From Chrysemys picta bellii (Eukaryota): a DNA stretch of 64,000 nucleotides. This document shows, in pieces, positions 59,626-64,000 of the stretch. The position numbers were made by a program, and so were the translations under genes. The notes beneath the pieces were generated by a model. That model searched no databases. It was not told the DNA's origin and saw only the letters and a program-made list of their open reading frames with translations. The stretch lies in NCBI RefSeq assembly GCF_011386835.1, contig NC_088798.1:85126001-85190000 (forward strand), given 5' to 3'. The stretch's first letter is position 1, and each line of letters starts with the position of its first letter.

Positions 59626-62600
59626 TGTGCCTTGTTTGAAGGTATTAAAGTACAGTGGGAGTCAGTTGGCTCTTCTGTGAGTGACAAGAGTGTATCTCAC
59701 TATTAATAGTAAGAAAGGGAGAAATGTCACACAAACCCAATTCCCTAAGGTACAATTATGCAACATCTCCTAATCAGTCCTAGGATATCATTTTTAAATG
59801 GCCCTAAACTAACTAGTCTGACAAAGTAAGGACACTAAACTACATTGTAAGCATGCTTTCAGAAGACAGATAGACAGGCAGATAATATGCTTGGCACAAC
59901 ATCATAGTACTATCACGAAATAAATTAATACGAAGAGTTTTAATAGATACTATCAAATTGTCATTTTGGGACATTTTCAGGATTACACCTAGAAAATCAA
60001 TTCTAACATCCAAAGTACAAAATGAATTGATACTTATTTTATAAAATGTTTCTACACTGTGCTTATGGCAAATCTTTGCCATCTTTTTATCGGTTTCAGG
60101 GTGAAAAGAGAGGGTGTAAACTTAAATTATTTTATTAGCATCTCTACTGAACAGATATCACCCCCTACAAAACTGTGGAAATGGAATGTGCCATGAGGCA
60201 ATAGGTGGTCTCCATTTCACAAAATTCCAAGCTCACAGCACGACGACAGCTATGGGAAGATAAAAGAGCTTCAAAGTACCGGAGGACAGAAACGGCTGAT
60301 GGGCTGGTTGTCCAGCCATGATTTGCAAAATGTTGACGAGTTAATGCTAAAGCACTAGAATGAAGCTTATGAGTATACGCACAAAAGAATTTCCATAAAT
60401 TAAGCTCAGGCAAAAATGTCCATAAAATGGACATTTCACAGTGGCCATTGACTATTATGTTCAGTTCACATTAAATCTTTTGAAACATTGTTTCTTTGTC
60501 AACTGAATTAGTAATTGGTGTCGTCTTTGGGGGGTGAGGGGAGGAGAATACATATAAGCTTCAAACTCCATATAGATTACTCACCATAATAAAAGTCATT
60601 CGCTGTGAGAAGCTGCTATCTATATGCATCAGACTAATTATTGTGTGCTTTTTTACTAAGATAATGGGCACACTGCTGCCAGTGGGCAAATCCTGATCAT
60701 ACATTATATCACACTTCCTAGTAATTTTGATGAAAACTACAGGTGGAGACAGATTATAATGGGAACATCTAATTGAAATTCATCTCCATTTTGCTTCAGA
60801 TGGAAGACATGCTGCTTGAGCTCTGAAACATATTCAATTTAATTCAAATTGGATGCAGATTTTCAGGCAAAACTAAATTTTTTTTAAAAAGAAGTGTTTC
60901 AAAGAGTCTTGGAAGAGACCAAAGAGTGCTGTAAAGGCTTTATAACTACATTTGTAGAAGTCTGTGTATTATTTTTTTTTTCCATTCTTACTATTTCTAA
61001 CTCTATGAGGCATCCTTACGAAGGCAGAAAAGGAATGATACAAATTCCACCGAGGTCTATTACTTTGATGGCAGTTTGACATGTTCCCTGACACATTCAG
61101 TCACTTTAAGTCCTTGTGGATTCATGGGGATATTAACTATTCAGCATGGCTCCTTCCAGCACCTTCCCGTCAAAAAAATGGACAGTCCTTGTCCTCCATT
61201 TGAAATCATCATATGACTTCAAGTTGTGGTTTGTTTTTGTTTTGATGCTGTAATGGTATGACAGGAGGGGAGACTGAAGGCTGTCTCTGAAAGAACAGAA
61301 GCGCGAAGTATAACACAGTTTCCTAAAAGATCGTATTTCCTATTCAGTGAAGTTCAGAAATTCCCTGTACAAATAGATCCATTAGCCTTGCAGTAACTAG
61401 AAAAAAACACAACACACTCTAGTAGGAGTCCTCCAAAGTTACAGACAAACAAGCAAACAAACATAAAACAGCCACAAATGTCAGGTCAGGAAGGTTTGGT
61501 GCCAGTGCTTATGGTTCAATATTAGCTATTGTGCCTTTTCTTCTTCTGTCACCCAGTTACATGCTGTGATAATCTTCAATTAGGTTAATAATTAATCCAT
61601 GCATCCACCCCTCCCAAAATGGCTTCAGCAGCAGACGGACCTTTGAGAATAAACTCCCACTGAAGGAGCCTGGCAGCAGACTTTGCTGCACATATGAGCT
61701 GCAAGCACTAATCTATCAGTCTGGGAATAAGATCTCAGCCTAACCGGATAGGGCCAATCTCTTCAGCATAACTAGTTAACTTGCTCTGTTTTGGTTGAGT
61801 TGGGTTTCATTTTGACCTTTTTAAGGTGTACTAATACTTGCAAAAAGCCATCCAGCTAGTAAATCAAGAAAGAAGAAAATATAATTGCAAGAGAAAATCC
61901 CTCATGGCATCTATACTATTTTAATTCTCAGTAGCCTGGCACACATATGGATAAGACACAGCTCGAGAACACAATGGCTGGTTCTTTGATGTGCAGCCTA
62001 TGGATGAATTATTGATATAGCAAAATATTTTCTGCTTGAATCTGTGAAGATCTACCATCCACAGAAAGCATAAGCAGTCAGAAAATGTGCTAAACTGACC
62101 ATCTGTTCCTCTCTGATAATATGTAATTAAGTAATTTATTTATTCAGCACTTAAACCCCCTCCCTTTCCCTCGCATTAGTCAGGGATGATTATGCTAAAT
62201 CCAGATGTAGTTAACATATTGCGCACTCAAGTGAGCAGTGTATTTACAGGCACATAACTAGCCTTCTGGTTATATACCTTCAAAGTATGGTTCTTTTCTC
62301 AACCATATTGCCTTAAAGACCACACTTGCTATGCTCATATGCTCTCATGGTCTGAGAGTTAAATTGTTTTCACATGTTGATTAAACCATTCACTGGTTTC
62401 TATATTTTTCTTGAGGGCAAATATCACCAGATACTCCCATCCCCCAGCTCAGGTTTGCCCACTCCACATGATGTAAAGGAGTGCTAGTGAAGAGAAACAG
62501 GTCCTCACTCCACGGCCTGGGTAAACCTTGATGGAGTTTTAAAAGTACTTATGTGGCTGTCAGCTTTCATCCCTTAGCTTGGTTTGTGTCCATGGACATT

Positions 62601-62900
62601 GGATATTTCCTGTCAATGTAGCAGAACTGCAGCCCTCCAACTGACACACATAATGGGAAAGGACTACTTCATCCGTGCCAGTCCAACTGCAAATCCTAAC
62701 AGACTCCAGACAGCCTCCCTTCACTACCTCTTCATCTATTCAAGACAGCTTTTGTAAAATTCCCAAACAGTCTTAGACTCCAGCGGTCTAATAAAAAACA
62801 AGATGTATTACCAGAGAGAGAAAATGAGATTTCAACAGAAGAAATGGCCTGCATTATCATGTGTGCATCGAGATAGTGACTAAACCTAAGGCAAACCTAA

Positions 62901-62989
62901 GACCCAGATCCACAAAAGGTATTTAGGCTCCTAAGTCCCATTGATTTCAGGGGAAGTAAGGTGCCTAAATACCTTTGAGGATCTGGGCC
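62901..62989. mobile_element. Palindromic MITE, same family as 19452-19538
   Basis: CCCAGATCCACAAAAGGTATTTAGG / CCTAAATACCTTTGAGGATCTGGG. Confidence 0.75.
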
Positions 62990-63526
62990 AAGGAATCTAA
63001 ACAAAATACTTTACACTTACAAAAAGTCCTTCTTTCTCCCACTAACCCCACTAGTCTCCCAGCTTGACAGTCATACACCTCTGGGACTCTGGTAAAATCT
63101 CTCCTTCAGCTTCCCCTACACAGCACTGTTACCTGATCAGATTTCTTGGAAGTCTTAGCTTGTAATTGTACCAGACAACTGTTCCTGATTGCATGTTTCA
63201 CCTTTGCTTCTTATTACTCCCAAATATTCCTTTCATGATAAATCCACAAAGTGGGGACTACCAGCCCATACTTGTGACTTCAACCCCCTCTGGCTGATGA
63301 TTGTTGGAAAAAGTCCCTTTTGGGAGTGCTATTTAACTTCCTTTCAAACACTTATTGGCCCTGACCATGGGTGTTAATCTTGAAACCAACTCACTAGCTT
63401 ACTGTTCAAGAGATGGAATTTATATTGTGCTTTATTATTTCCTCTTCCCAGTCTTTCTAATTCATAACAAAAACAAATTGTTGACAGAATACAACAAATC
63501 TGCTTCGTCCACACAGTGCTGGATTT

Positions 63527-63651
63527 TAGGGTGATCAGACAGCAAGTGTGAAAAATCAGGACAGGGGGCTGGAGGGTAATAGGTGCCTATATAAAACAAA
63601 CCCCCAAATATCAGGACTGTCACTATAAAATTGGGACATCTGGTCACCCTA
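63527..63651. mobile_element. hAT-Blackjack-like MITE (125 bp)
   Basis: TIRs TAGGGTGATCAGA / TCTGGTCACCCTA. 8-bp TSD CTGGATTT / CTGGGTTT with one mismatch. Confidence 0.8.
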
Positions 63652-64000
63652 CTGGGTTTGGGGATTTTAATAGACAGAAGACTGCCATACTGTATTTCAG
63701 TGTATGCCATTAGCCAGATAGCACTTCCAGATGACAGGAAATTCTCAGCTATATTGGTGCCAACCTCTAGGAACAAACTGAAAAGTTTGAACAGGTTTCC
63801 ATGTGTATTAAGTTCTTTTCCATGTAAGCAAGGATAAAGGAAGGATTTCCTTTACTTTTAGCCTACATGCCTTCTTGGGAAAGGAACAATACCTTCGATG
63901 ACTTTAGCTTAGGTTAAACTTTGTTTTGTAGGTTTGATTTGTCTGATATTTCTACAGCCATTACTGAAATTTCTTGGAGGTGCCCCAAAGTCCTAATTCC

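Overview
Vertebrate nuclear DNA. The repeat repertoire (CR1, DIRS, Chapaev3, hAT and Harbinger MITEs, LF-SINE, AmnSINE, MIR) suggests a turtle or another sauropsid, but that is inference. I could not recognise any host protein-coding exon, so the window looks like a gene desert or a large intron. The main structure is an ~7.9 kb DIRS-type tyrosine-recombinase retrotransposon (7754-15676, minus strand). It keeps its inverted terminal repeats and internal complementary region but has lost the RT catalytic core. A full-length 2549 bp Chapaev3 DNA transposon (9262-11810; 12-bp TIRs, TTA target duplication) sits inside it. The transposase upstream region holds four perfect TGATGCAAT (ATF4-C/EBP CARE/AARE) motifs within 81 bp. 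A young, 5'-truncated CR1 LINE (52502-55891) has an ORF2 broken by a single nonsense codon. The rest consists of solo LTRs, many small MITEs, ancient SINEs, relic hAT/L1/L2 coding fragments, microsatellites and unique AT-rich blocks rich in homeodomain/TALE/FOX motifs. Family names come from recalled consensus features, not from a database search. Boundaries without a TSD are approximate.
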